DNA of 64,000 nt, taken from Thermodesulfobacteriota bacterium. GTDB taxonomy: Bacteria; Desulfobacterota_D; UBA1144; Nemesobacterales; JAJCZQ01. A program made the position numbers and the translations under genes. Under the pieces are notes generated by a model. The model did not search any database, was not told where the DNA came from, and saw nothing but the letters and a program-made list of their open reading frames with translations. The stretch lies in assembly GCA_965215275.1 (NCBI GenBank), contig OZ244044.1, positions 608,001 through 672,000 on the forward strand. The letters run 5' to 3'. Positions 50,774 to 60,442 of this stretch are shown here, piece after piece (position 1 is the stretch's first letter; each line of letters begins with the position of its first letter).

Positions 50774-51414
50774 TAATAAAGTGTATTCCCGGAGGAATGT
50801 TTTTAGAGAACTGCTACATAGTCGGCGATGAAAGTTCGAACGAAGGTATCCTTGTAGACCCCGGCGAGCAGATCGACGATATACTGGAACAGGTAGAAAG
50901 GTCCGGACTTAACATATCAAAAATAGTGAACACGCATAACCACCTTGATCACGTAGCCGGCGTGGAAATAGCCAAGAACAGGCTCCAGATACCCTTTTAT
51001 ATACATAAAAAAGACCAGCCGGTTCTGGATGCCCTGCCGGAGGCATGCCAGAGATGGCCTCAATTCTCGGATATAGTCAAGCCGGAGGTAGATCATTATA
51101 TAGAAGAAGGGGATAAAGTGAAGATCGGTTCTCTGGAGGCAGAGGTCCTTTTAGTCCCCGGACATTCATGGGGACATATATGCCTCGTTGTAGAGGACAA
51201 TATAATTGCAGGGGACACTTTATTTGCGGGGAGCGTGGGCAGAGTGGACCTTACCGGAGGAACCAGCATGGAAGAGCTCCTGGGTTCCATAAGATCAAAA
51301 CTGTTCGTACTGCCTGATTCCTGCAACGTGTTTCCCGGACATGGTCCATCTACCACGATCGGGATAGAAAAAAATTCAAATCCTTTTTTCACAAGAAGTA
51401 TGATGAATTTTTAG
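50770..51414 (+). CDS. MBL-fold metallo-hydrolase (glyoxalase II-like)
   Basis: THNHLDH, PGHS, GDTLF, PGHG. Confidence 0.92.
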   Translation: MIIKCIPGGMFLENCYIVGDESSNEGILVDPGEQIDDILEQVERSGLNISKIVNTHNHLDHVAGVEIAKNRLQIPFYIHKKDQPVLDALPEACQRWPQFSDIVKPEVDHYIEEGDKVKIGSLEAEVLLVPGHSWGHICLVVEDNIIAGDTLFAGSVGRVDLTGGTSMEELLGSIRSKLFVLPDSCNVFPGHGPSTTIGIEKNSNPFFTRSMMNF

Positions 51415-51429
51415 CAGTTTCATGTCGTC

Positions 51430-51702
51430 ATGTACAGAAAAATAATACGAAATACACTGGTATTGAGCGCGGTGATCGGTTTCGGTTTTGTCTTTCTGTC
51501 AGAAATATCGAAACTCGATCATCTGAAAAAGCAAAACGATGCCATCACGGAAAGGATCGAAGATATAAGCAGACAGAACGAGGATTACAGGGACAAGATC
51601 AAATCCATGAACGAAGATACAAGATACGTTGAGAAGGTAATTCGTGAAGAACTCGGGATGATAAAAGAAGGTGAGAAGATCTACAAGTTTTATAATGAAT
51701 GA
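51430..51702 (+). CDS. ftsB: Septum formation initiator (FtsB/DivIC)
   Basis: TM helix, coiled coil, IREELGMIKEGE. Confidence 0.85.
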   Translation: MYRKIIRNTLVLSAVIGFGFVFLSEISKLDHLKKQNDAITERIEDISRQNEDYRDKIKSMNEDTRYVEKVIREELGMIKEGEKIYKFYNE

Positions 51703-51785
51703 ACCTTAGCTCCCGCACTTTATCACGCAGTACACGTCCTTGAGACCTTTAACCTCTGAAACCGGTGTCTTGATCACAAAATAAC

Positions 51786-52634
51786 GTGAACGTCCTGAAT
51801 AAAGAAGTTCAAAGGTTCAGACCAACGAAAAAGCTCGGGCAGAACTTTCTTAAAGACAGTACCGTCGTACACGGTATCTGCCAAGCTGCCGGGCTAAACG
51901 AGAGCGATACCGTTATAGAGGTCGGACCGGGATACGGCATACTGACAAAAAAAATACTGGAAAAAGCCGGTCTGCTCTACGCGATAGAAAAAGACACAAG
52001 GCTATACGAACGACTGAAGAACGAACTTTCAGATACAGGTAACGTCAGGATCATCAACGGTGATTTCCTTAAAATGGACATTAAGGAACTCAAGTTCAGT
52101 AACGCACTTAAGTTCGTTTCCAATATCCCATACAATATAACGTCCCCCATCTTATCAATACTCCTTAATAACGGCCGCATGTTCTCAGACGTAGTGATCA
52201 TGGTCCAAAAGGAGTTTGGTGAAAGAATGAGGTCAGCACCTGAAGGAAGGACCTACGGTTCACTTTCCGTTATCTCGCAGACGTACTTTGATATAAAAAA
52301 GGTGTGCCGGGTATCACCGGAGGCGTTCAGACCAAGACCGAAGGTGGAATCGATCGTTCTGAAGTTAAACCCCACGGACAGGTATAAGACCGAAATTACC
52401 GATCATTCTCTTTATAAGGACGTTGTCAGGGCTTCCTTTTCCTTGAAAAGAAAGATGGTCAGTAATTCCTTAAGGTCCGCCTTTAAAAAAGAAGATATAG
52501 ATATCTGCCTTGAAAGATCGGGTATTGAGGGAAAAAGAAGGGCCGAAACCATTGAAATAGAGGAATTTATCCGGCTTGCAAACAGTTTTCATCAGCTGCA
52601 GCAATCAAGCAGCTGTGCAAGAAATATCTCGTAA
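51786..52634 (+). CDS. rsmA: 16S rRNA adenine dimethyltransferase
   Basis: KKLGQNFL, IEVGPGYG, SNIPYNITSP, FRPRPKVES, RRAE. Confidence 0.95.
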   Translation: MNVLNKEVQRFRPTKKLGQNFLKDSTVVHGICQAAGLNESDTVIEVGPGYGILTKKILEKAGLLYAIEKDTRLYERLKNELSDTGNVRIINGDFLKMDIKELKFSNALKFVSNIPYNITSPILSILLNNGRMFSDVVIMVQKEFGERMRSAPEGRTYGSLSVISQTYFDIKKVCRVSPEAFRPRPKVESIVLKLNPTDRYKTEITDHSLYKDVVRASFSLKRKMVSNSLRSAFKKEDIDICLERSGIEGKRRAETIEIEEFIRLANSFHQLQQSSSCARNIS

Positions 52635-54001
52635 AAATCCTTTATCTCATCGCCAGGCCCATTGTAAATGACCGAAAATACCAATACGTTACCATTTTCA
52701 GCATAAATATAACCGGACAATGCCCTGACCTCGTTCAGATACCCCGTCTTTGCAATAACTCGTCCCTTGATCAGTGAGTTGCTGAAATTTTTCTTAAGTG
52801 TGCCATCGACTCCCGCTACCGGAAGGGATGATAAAAATTCAGAAGAAAAACCAGGGTCGTAATATGCCAGCACTAATATTTCCGCCAGTACTTTTGGAGA
52901 TACTTTATTGTATACCGAAAGACCGGAACCATCGTATATCTCCATTTTGTTCCCAATTCCCTGTTCCCGTATGAACTCCATGATCACCGAGGCACCGTCC
53001 TCCCGTGTTCCCGGAGACCGTACAAATTCCGCTCCCAGTGTCTTTACCAGTGCTTCACCTATAATGTTAACGCTGTCCTTATTGAACTCATTGATGATCT
53101 CATAAAGCGGGTCGGAGTAATGAACGTAAAGAAGCTTGGACGATCTGGGGACTTTCCTTGAGGAGATCCTGCCGTTAAACCTTATCCCTTCACTGGCAAG
53201 GAGTTCTGTAAACACCTTACCGAAATACTTCCTCGGATCTGATACTGCAACCTCAATGGTTTTTACGCCGTCTCTGGGATCTATATCGCCACTTACTTTA
53301 AGCACCTTATCGGACTTTAGTTCAACCGTCAGTTCCCCGTCCCTGGTCTTCCTGCTGGTTACCGCCCTGTTCCTTACACGCAGACCATAATGCTCAGGGT
53401 AGACCTTCACTTCCGGACGACGACCCGATCTTAAAGGAGTTACGACGACCTTCACCGTGTTGTAATTCAGGTTAAAGGCACTGATAGGCGGAGAGTAGTA
53501 ATCCCCTATCCACTCTGTTTTCCAGCCGGCAGGGTATTTAACGTTATCAAAATAGGTCTCATCAAAATACAGGTTGCCTTTTATCCTCTTGATCCCTATC
53601 GCCTTCATGCTCCTTATGATCTCTATCAGGTCTTCGGTCTTTATGCTCGGGTCCCCGTAGGCCTTTACGTATAATCCTCCCCGGAGCGATCCCTTATGAA
53701 CTTCCTCGTCTGCGTAAAATTCCGTTTTAAACCTGTAATATTTTCCAAGTAAGGAAAGTGCGGCATAGGAAGATATGAGCTTGTTATTAGAAGCAGGAAT
53801 AAAGTTTTCGCTTTCGTTGTGGCCAAATACAACCGGACCGTCGTCTTTAAGGGATCTTACATAAACGCCCAGCCTGCCGCCGCTTTCTGTACTGTAAGGT
53901 ATTAAGGCCCTGAGCTTCTGCTGATAGCCGGTAAAGCAGTAGCCGGACAGTGGAAATAAGATCAGGGCAAGGAACAGCAAACCTCTGTAAACTCTGTTCA
54001 T
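52592..54001 (-). CDS. dacB: D-Ala-D-Ala carboxypeptidase/endopeptidase PBP4 (peptidase S13)
   Basis: PASNNK (SxxK), SVN, DGSGLS, AKTG. Confidence 0.93.
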   Translation of the reverse strand: MNRVYRGLLFLALILFPLSGYCFTGYQQKLRALIPYSTESGGRLGVYVRSLKDDGPVVFGHNESENFIPASNNKLISSYAALSLLGKYYRFKTEFYADEEVHKGSLRGGLYVKAYGDPSIKTEDLIEIIRSMKAIGIKRIKGNLYFDETYFDNVKYPAGWKTEWIGDYYSPPISAFNLNYNTVKVVVTPLRSGRRPEVKVYPEHYGLRVRNRAVTSRKTRDGELTVELKSDKVLKVSGDIDPRDGVKTIEVAVSDPRKYFGKVFTELLASEGIRFNGRISSRKVPRSSKLLYVHYSDPLYEIINEFNKDSVNIIGEALVKTLGAEFVRSPGTREDGASVIMEFIREQGIGNKMEIYDGSGLSVYNKVSPKVLAEILVLAYYDPGFSSEFLSSLPVAGVDGTLKKNFSNSLIKGRVIAKTGYLNEVRALSGYIYAENGNVLVFSVIYNGPGDEIKDFYEIFLAQLLDCCS

Positions 54002-54019
54002 GATCCGTTCTTTGTATAT

Positions 54020-56719
54020 CTATGTATCCGCCCAGTTGCTTCCCTGCCCCATCTCGACCTTTACCGGTACGCTAAGCTTATAAGCATTTTCCATCTCTTC
54101 TTTTATTTTCTGCCTGAGGTCCTGAACGGCCTCTTCCTTGATCTCAAAGATCAGTTCATCGTGGACCTGCAGTATCATCTTACAGTCGGAACTCTTTATC
54201 TCTCTGTCGATATTTATCATTGCAAGGTTTATAATATCAGCGGCCGACCCCTGTATCGGAGTGTTAATAGCCGCTCTTTCCGCAATACCCCTCTGGACGC
54301 GGTTTTTCGAATCAAGCCCTGAGATCAATCTTCGTCTGCCAATGATAGTTACTGCATAACCGCAGCTTTTTGCTTCCTCAAGAGAAGCGTCCAGATAATG
54401 CCTGACTCCTGGATATCTGCTGAAATACATACCCATGTATTTCTTTGCTTCAAACACCCCGGTCCCGATCTGTTTAGACAGGCCAAACGGACTTATACCG
54501 TAAATGATCCCAAAATTTATATTTTTCGCCAGCCTTCTCATATCTTTAGTGACCATATCCTCATCCACTGAAAGTATCTCAGATGCCGTCCTGGCGTGTA
54601 TATCGCTGTCATTAATGAACGCCTCAATCAGCTTTTCATCCTGAGAGAAATGAGCCAGAAGTCTTAGCTCTATCTGTGAATAATCAGCAGACAGGAACAC
54701 GTGTCCCTGAGCGGGAACGAACGCTTCTCTGATCTTCCTGCCTTCAGCCGACTTTACCGGAATGTTCTGTAAGTTTGGGTCACTTGAACTGAGCCTGCCC
54801 GTGGAAGTTCCAACGGAGTTGTAGGAAGTATGGAGCCTTCCAGTCCTTGGATTGATCAGCCTGGGTAAGGAATCAACGTAAGTCGACTTGAGCTTTGCCA
54901 CCTCACGATATCTTAAAATAAGAGATGGAAGTTCATGTCGGGTACTAAGGTCGACCAGGACCTCATGGTCGGTGGAAGGTTCTCCTTTCTTGGTCTTTTT
55001 CTTGACTTCCAGCTTAAGTTTGCCAAACAGGATCTCCCTGAGCTGAACGGGTGATTTTATATTGAACTCCTCTCCGGCGGAACAGTATATAAGATCGGTT
55101 ATTCGCTCCAGGTCATCACTGAACTCCTGAGACAGGGCCTTTAAAACGTCCTCTCTGATCAGAACGCCGTTCATCTCTACTTTTGCAAGAACGGGAACCA
55201 GTTTAATTACCTTTTCAGAAAATGTGTACTCAAGGTCGCTTTCTGCCAGTCTGTCACGCAGGACCTTATACAGCTTCATTGATACATCGGCATTTTCGCA
55301 GGAATGCTCTTTAGCGTCATTTATATCCATGTCCGCAAATCCCAACGCGGCTTTATCTTTTTTTACAGTGTCCTTATAGACGGACATGGCAGGATCAAGA
55401 AAAACCTGCGAAAGTCTGTCCAGCTGGTAGTTCTGTCTGGACGAATTGAGCAGATGGGCGGCAAGCATCGTATCAAAAAAGATCCCATCCAGGTCTATTC
55501 CGTATCCATGAAGCACAATGATCTTATACTTCAGGTTCTGGCCGATCTTACGGACAGTACTATCCTCAAGTACCGGCTTCAGCCTGCTCAGGACAAGCTC
55601 CATGCTCAGCTGCTCCACGTCGCCTTTGTGAGCCAGAGGTATATAAAAACCCTCTCCAGGAGCCGGGGTCAGGGATATGCCGATCATCTCGGCAAACGTC
55701 GGCCAGCGTGACGTTGTCCACAGATCTATTGAGAGTTCCTTGGTACCGTGTATCTTCTCTATGACTTCACTCAGGACATCTTCAGACAGTACAAGACGGT
55801 AGCTGGAGCTGTCCGGTCTGACGTCGTCATTTTCTTCGGACGCTCCACCGCCGGTCAGACCTGACTTTAAATTCCTGAACTCAAACTCATCGAACAGAGT
55901 CAGCAGCTTTTCACTGTTGAACCCGGAATATCTGAACTTTTCATAGCCGGTCTCTATATCCACGTCAGTATCGATGGTAACGAGCCTCTTACTTAAAAAA
56001 GCATGGTCCTTATCTTCAATGAGGTTGTTCCTCTGTTTTCCTTTAACCAGATCGATCTGCTCGTACAGACCGTCCAGGGACCCGAATTCTTTTATCAGTT
56101 TTGATGCGGTCTTTTCCCCAACCCCCCTGACGCCGGGGACATTGTCCACCTGATCGCCCGAGAGGGCCAGAACGTCCGTCACCTGATCGGGATCAACCCC
56201 GAACCTTTTTAAGACCTCATCCCTGTCGGTGACACGGTCCTTCATGGTGTCAAGCATCTTTATCCTGTCCGATACCAGCTGGCAGAAATCCTTATCCCCC
56301 GTGACAAGGACTATATCAATTTCCTTATCTTCGTTTTTCTTCGCTATAGTGCCAATAAGATCATCGGCTTCATACCCTTTAAGCTGAACGAGAGGAATTG
56401 AAAAAGCTTCAACCATTTCATATATCTTATCGAACTGCGGGACCAGGTCCGACGGCGGGGAATCTCGATTAGCCTTATAAAGAGGATAGATATCGTGCCT
56501 GAACGTCCTATCGGCGGAATCGAACACCATCGCTATATAGTCAGGTTCATAGTCCTTGATAAACTTCAAGATCATCGAGGTAAAACCATACACGGCGTTC
56601 GTGGGAAACCCCCTGGAAGTGCTTAGATGGCGTATGGCATAATAAGCTCTGAATATATATGAACTGCCGTCAATGAGGTACAGGGTCTTAGAAAACATAT
56701 CTCCGTTAAGTATCCTCAC
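54020..56719 (-). CDS. polA: DNA polymerase I (start may be a few codons downstream)
   Basis: LIDGSS, EADD, TGRLSSSDPNLQNIP, ADYSQIELR, QVHDEL. Confidence 0.97.
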   Translation of the reverse strand: MRILNGDMFSKTLYLIDGSSYIFRAYYAIRHLSTSRGFPTNAVYGFTSMILKFIKDYEPDYIAMVFDSADRTFRHDIYPLYKANRDSPPSDLVPQFDKIYEMVEAFSIPLVQLKGYEADDLIGTIAKKNEDKEIDIVLVTGDKDFCQLVSDRIKMLDTMKDRVTDRDEVLKRFGVDPDQVTDVLALSGDQVDNVPGVRGVGEKTASKLIKEFGSLDGLYEQIDLVKGKQRNNLIEDKDHAFLSKRLVTIDTDVDIETGYEKFRYSGFNSEKLLTLFDEFEFRNLKSGLTGGGASEENDDVRPDSSSYRLVLSEDVLSEVIEKIHGTKELSIDLWTTSRWPTFAEMIGISLTPAPGEGFYIPLAHKGDVEQLSMELVLSRLKPVLEDSTVRKIGQNLKYKIIVLHGYGIDLDGIFFDTMLAAHLLNSSRQNYQLDRLSQVFLDPAMSVYKDTVKKDKAALGFADMDINDAKEHSCENADVSMKLYKVLRDRLAESDLEYTFSEKVIKLVPVLAKVEMNGVLIREDVLKALSQEFSDDLERITDLIYCSAGEEFNIKSPVQLREILFGKLKLEVKKKTKKGEPSTDHEVLVDLSTRHELPSLILRYREVAKLKSTYVDSLPRLINPRTGRLHTSYNSVGTSTGRLSSSDPNLQNIPVKSAEGRKIREAFVPAQGHVFLSADYSQIELRLLAHFSQDEKLIEAFINDSDIHARTASEILSVDEDMVTKDMRRLAKNINFGIIYGISPFGLSKQIGTGVFEAKKYMGMYFSRYPGVRHYLDASLEEAKSCGYAVTIIGRRRLISGLDSKNRVQRGIAERAAINTPIQGSAADIINLAMINIDREIKSSDCKMILQVHDELIFEIKEEAVQDLRQKIKEEMENAYKLSVPVKVEMGQGSNWADT

Positions 56720-56739
56720 ATATCAGGCATGTAACAATG

Positions 56740-57324
56740 CTATTTTTTTTCAGCACAATAAATAAAGGCAGGAGGCAGATTTGACCAGACCGTCTTGGTT
56801 TTAACGACCTTTGGGAATTTATCATAAAGCTTTGCCCTGAAACGCTTTGCCGTTGGAAAGGGAACTCCATATAGATATGCCATGGTAAGAAGCCTTCCAC
56901 CAGGCCTTAAGATATCATACACGGTACCCAGCAGCCTGTCCTGCATATTAGAATTGAAGATCGCCCATGGAAGACCGGATATTATACAGTCACAACTGTC
57001 CTTACCGTGCTTCCTGAGATGGAACCTGGCGTTCTCAGCCGTATCATTGTAAACAATGGCATCTGGACATCTTCTTTTAGTGGCTTCAGCAAATTCAGGG
57101 TTTATCTCAAGTGCAAAAAAAGTAGCGTCATCAGATATCTTCTGCAGGATCTTTTCAGTAAAAACCCCCGTACCGGATCCGAACTCAACCACTGTATAGG
57201 CTTTGTCAAGCTGAGCCTTATCGGTAATCAGTTCGCTCAGTTCACTACATGAAGGAGCGATCGAACCCGTCCTTGTCGGATAGCAAAGAAACTGTTTCAA
57301 GTAATGGAAAATACCATGTTTCAT
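56740..57324 (-). CDS. SAM-dependent methyltransferase, phospholipid/ornithine-lipid N-methyltransferase-like
   Basis: TGSIAPS, VEFGSGTGVFT, IISGLPW, NLPPA. Confidence 0.8.
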   Translation of the reverse strand: MKHGIFHYLKQFLCYPTRTGSIAPSCSELSELITDKAQLDKAYTVVEFGSGTGVFTEKILQKISDDATFFALEINPEFAEATKRRCPDAIVYNDTAENARFHLRKHGKDSCDCIISGLPWAIFNSNMQDRLLGTVYDILRPGGRLLTMAYLYGVPFPTAKRFRAKLYDKFPKVVKTKTVWSNLPPAFIYCAEKK

Positions 57325-58831
57325 ACACTCTTCAGAAAAACCAGCAGCACTTGGATTTTATAAAATTACTTTATTTAATCATACTTTGCAGATTTTTTCC
57401 ATAAATATTTTTGGACTATACATACTTGATTACCCGAACAGTCTAACTGCTTACCATAATTCAAACTTATCTTTTGAAGGATCTTGTTAACTCAATCAGA
57501 CATTACAACTTCTTAGCCTAGTCCATCTATTACCCATTCTTAGTTCCTCTCTTAATGCTTGCCGTCAATAAGGGTGTATATATCTTTTCCATTGAAAACA
57601 CAAACTACAGACACAACGTCAAGTTCGATTTTCCCGACAGCAGTGAACAGATATGCAAAACGGAAAATTTAGTTCGTTCTCTTGGAAATGACCGTATTAC
57701 TATGTTTTTATCTGATACCTTCTCTTCCTTTTAATTAATACTGATACAGATATCAGCATCAGACATGCCATCACTCCGAATAGATCAGAAACAACATTGC
57801 TCTGATCGGAAACCGCACATCCTCCTCCTGTACCAGTATCTGATGTTGTCGGTCTTCGTGGTGGTGACGGAGCGGGGGGAGCCTCTACACTGAGCATGAA
57901 ACTCACCTCATCCGTATCTCCATTTCTGTCCGTTACCTTATACGTGTAAGTATTAGATGATGCACGGATGGGTGTGCCACTTATAACTTGGGTAACTTCG
58001 TTAAAACTCAATCCAGCAGGTAAATCAGGAGTTATACTGTAAGTAACTGGCGGATTCCCTCCCGTTGATGCAGGCAGCGTTAATGGTCTCCCTGCTGTAT
58101 ACACCATTTGAGTTGAAATTGTCGCATCGTCAAGGTCCGGAGTGCTGTCTTCTTCTATAGTAATACTGAATGTCAAATCAGCTGTATCTCCATCTATGTC
58201 TTCTACCGTATATGTATAAGTATTCCTGCTCGTTGCAGTAGCCGGTATCCCGCTTATCTCTTGGGTAACTTCGTTAAAATCCAATCCAGTTGGTAAAGGA
58301 GGAGTTAAACTGTATCTCAATCCTCCATTCCCTCCTGTTGCCTCAGGCAGTGTTACTGGTGTTATTCGACTTCCTGCTATGTACTCCTGATCATCTATCG
58401 TCTCACCACTAAAAGTTGGCATTGCATCAGCTAATATCGTGATCCCGAACGTCAAATCAGCCGTATCTCCATCTATGTCTTCTACCATATATGTATAAGT
58501 AGTCCTGCTCGTTGCAGTAGTTGGTGTTCCACTTATCTCTCGGGCAGATGCGTCAAAATCCAATCCAGTTGGTAAAAGAGGAGTTAAACTGTACCTTAAT
58601 GTTCCATTCCATCCTGCTGCATCAGGCAGCGTTACTGGAAGGTTTATTGTTTTCCCTGCTACGTACTCCTGATCGGTTATCGTATCACTGAAGGTTGGTT
58701 CTTCATCTGTAGCTACCGTGATACCGAACGTCAAATCAGCCGTATCTCCATCTATGTCTTCTACCATATATGTATAAGTAGTTTTACTCACTGCAGTAAT
58801 AGGAGTTCCGCTTATCACTCGGGTAGCAGAG

Positions 58832-59334
58832 GTAAAATTCAACCCGGTTGGTAATGCAGGAGTTATGCTGTATCTCAATCCTCCATTCCCTCCCGTCGCT
58901 GCAGGCAGCGTTACTGGTTTTATTGGACTCCCTGCTATATACTCCTGATCATCTATCATCTCACCGCTAAAGGTTGGCATTGCGTCTGCTTCTACTGTGA
59001 TATTGAATGTCAATTCAGCCGTATCTCCATCTACATCAGTTACCGTATATGTATAAGTATTCTTACTCATCGCAATAGTGGGTGTTCCACTTAACACTCG
59101 GGTAGCAGGAGTAAAATTCAACCCGGTTGGTAATGCAGGAGTTATGCTGTATCTCAATCCTCCATTCCCTCCCGTCGCTGCAGGCAGCGTTACTGGTTTT
59201 ATTGGACTCCCTGCTATATACTCCTGATCATCTATCATCTCACCGCTAAAGGTTGGCATTGCGTCTGCTTCTACTGTGATATTGAATGTCAATTCAGCCG
59301 TATCTCCATCTACATCAGTTACCGTATATGTATA
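58832..59334 (-). repeat. Recent tandem duplication of an Ig-like unit (279-bp period)
   Basis: ADAMPTFSGEMIDDQEYIAGSPIKPVTLPAATGGNGGLRYSITPALPTGLNFT occurs twice with matching DNA (for example 58861 and 59140). Confidence 0.85.
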
Positions 59335-60425
59335 CATAGTCCTGCTCATTGCAGTAGTGGGTGTTCCATTTATCACTCGGGTAGCAGGAGTAAAATTCAA
59401 CCCGGTTGGTAATGCTGGGGTTATATTGTAGGTTAATGGAGCATTCCCTCCCGTTGCATCAGGCAGCGTCACCGGAAGGTTTATTGCTGTCCCTGCTATG
59501 TACTCCTGATCATCTATCGTCTCACCACCAAAATCCGGCATGCTGTCAGCTTCTACCGTAATCCCAAACGTCAACTCAGCCGTATCTCCTTCTTCGTCTC
59601 TTACCGTATACGTGTAAGCAGTTTTACTCATTGCAGTAGCGGGTGTGCCACTTAGCACTCGGGTAGTGGCATCAAAGATCAATCCATCCGGCACAGTATC
59701 TAAACTATAAGTTAATGCTCCATCCCCTCCCACTGCAACAGGTAGCATTTCTGTTATTGCTGTACCTGTCACATATTCCTTATCATCTATTGTCTCACCA
59801 CCAAAGGTTGGCACATCAGATCCTACAATGATCCCGAACTTTATTTGATCTGTATCTCCATCATCATCGGTAACAGTATATGTATACATAGTCTTACTCG
59901 TTACAGTAGTGGGTGTGCCGCTTATCTCGCGGCAACTTCGTCAAAATCCAATCCATCAGGTAAAGCAGGTGTTAAACTATAAGTTAATGTTCCATTTCCT
60001 TCCGTCGCCGCAGGCAGTATTTCTGTTACTGCTGTACCCGTCATATACTCTTTATCATCTATCATCTCACTGCTAAAGGTTGGCACTGTATCGTTATTCC
60101 TATGACCATAAACTTTAATGCTCCACGAGTGTAAAATTCCTGTATTGTCAGAATCAGGATCAGATATATTCAAAGTCCAGTCTCCAGCGGGATCTTCTCC
60201 CAAGTGTTTGGCTGAACCAAAACGATGAGTTCTGTTGATGAAATCAAAGTCGTCTGTACTTCTCGTAAAAATTTGCGACACAGTGCCGTTAGGGGATGTT
60301 ATTTGTATATCTGGGACATATTCGTAAGTGAACCTGATATTAATCTCTACAAATTCCGTAAAAAGATCAGTATCGGGTATGTTCAGGCTGGAGACGGTAT
60401 CTCTGTTTTTTCCATCTAGGTGATC

Positions 60426-60442
60426 GGGGGGGGGGGGGGGGG
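60426..60442 (-). repeat. G17 (C17 on the coding strand) inside the P-domain, currently in frame
   Basis: Encodes SPPPPP; paralog copy A has only IPDH at this position. Confidence 0.85.

Noticed and set aside
33886..59889. Diversity-generating retroelement or invertase shufflon behind the surface-protein variation
   Set aside because: No reverse transcriptase or recombinase recognised in the window, and by eye no template/variable pair with adenine-specific differences.
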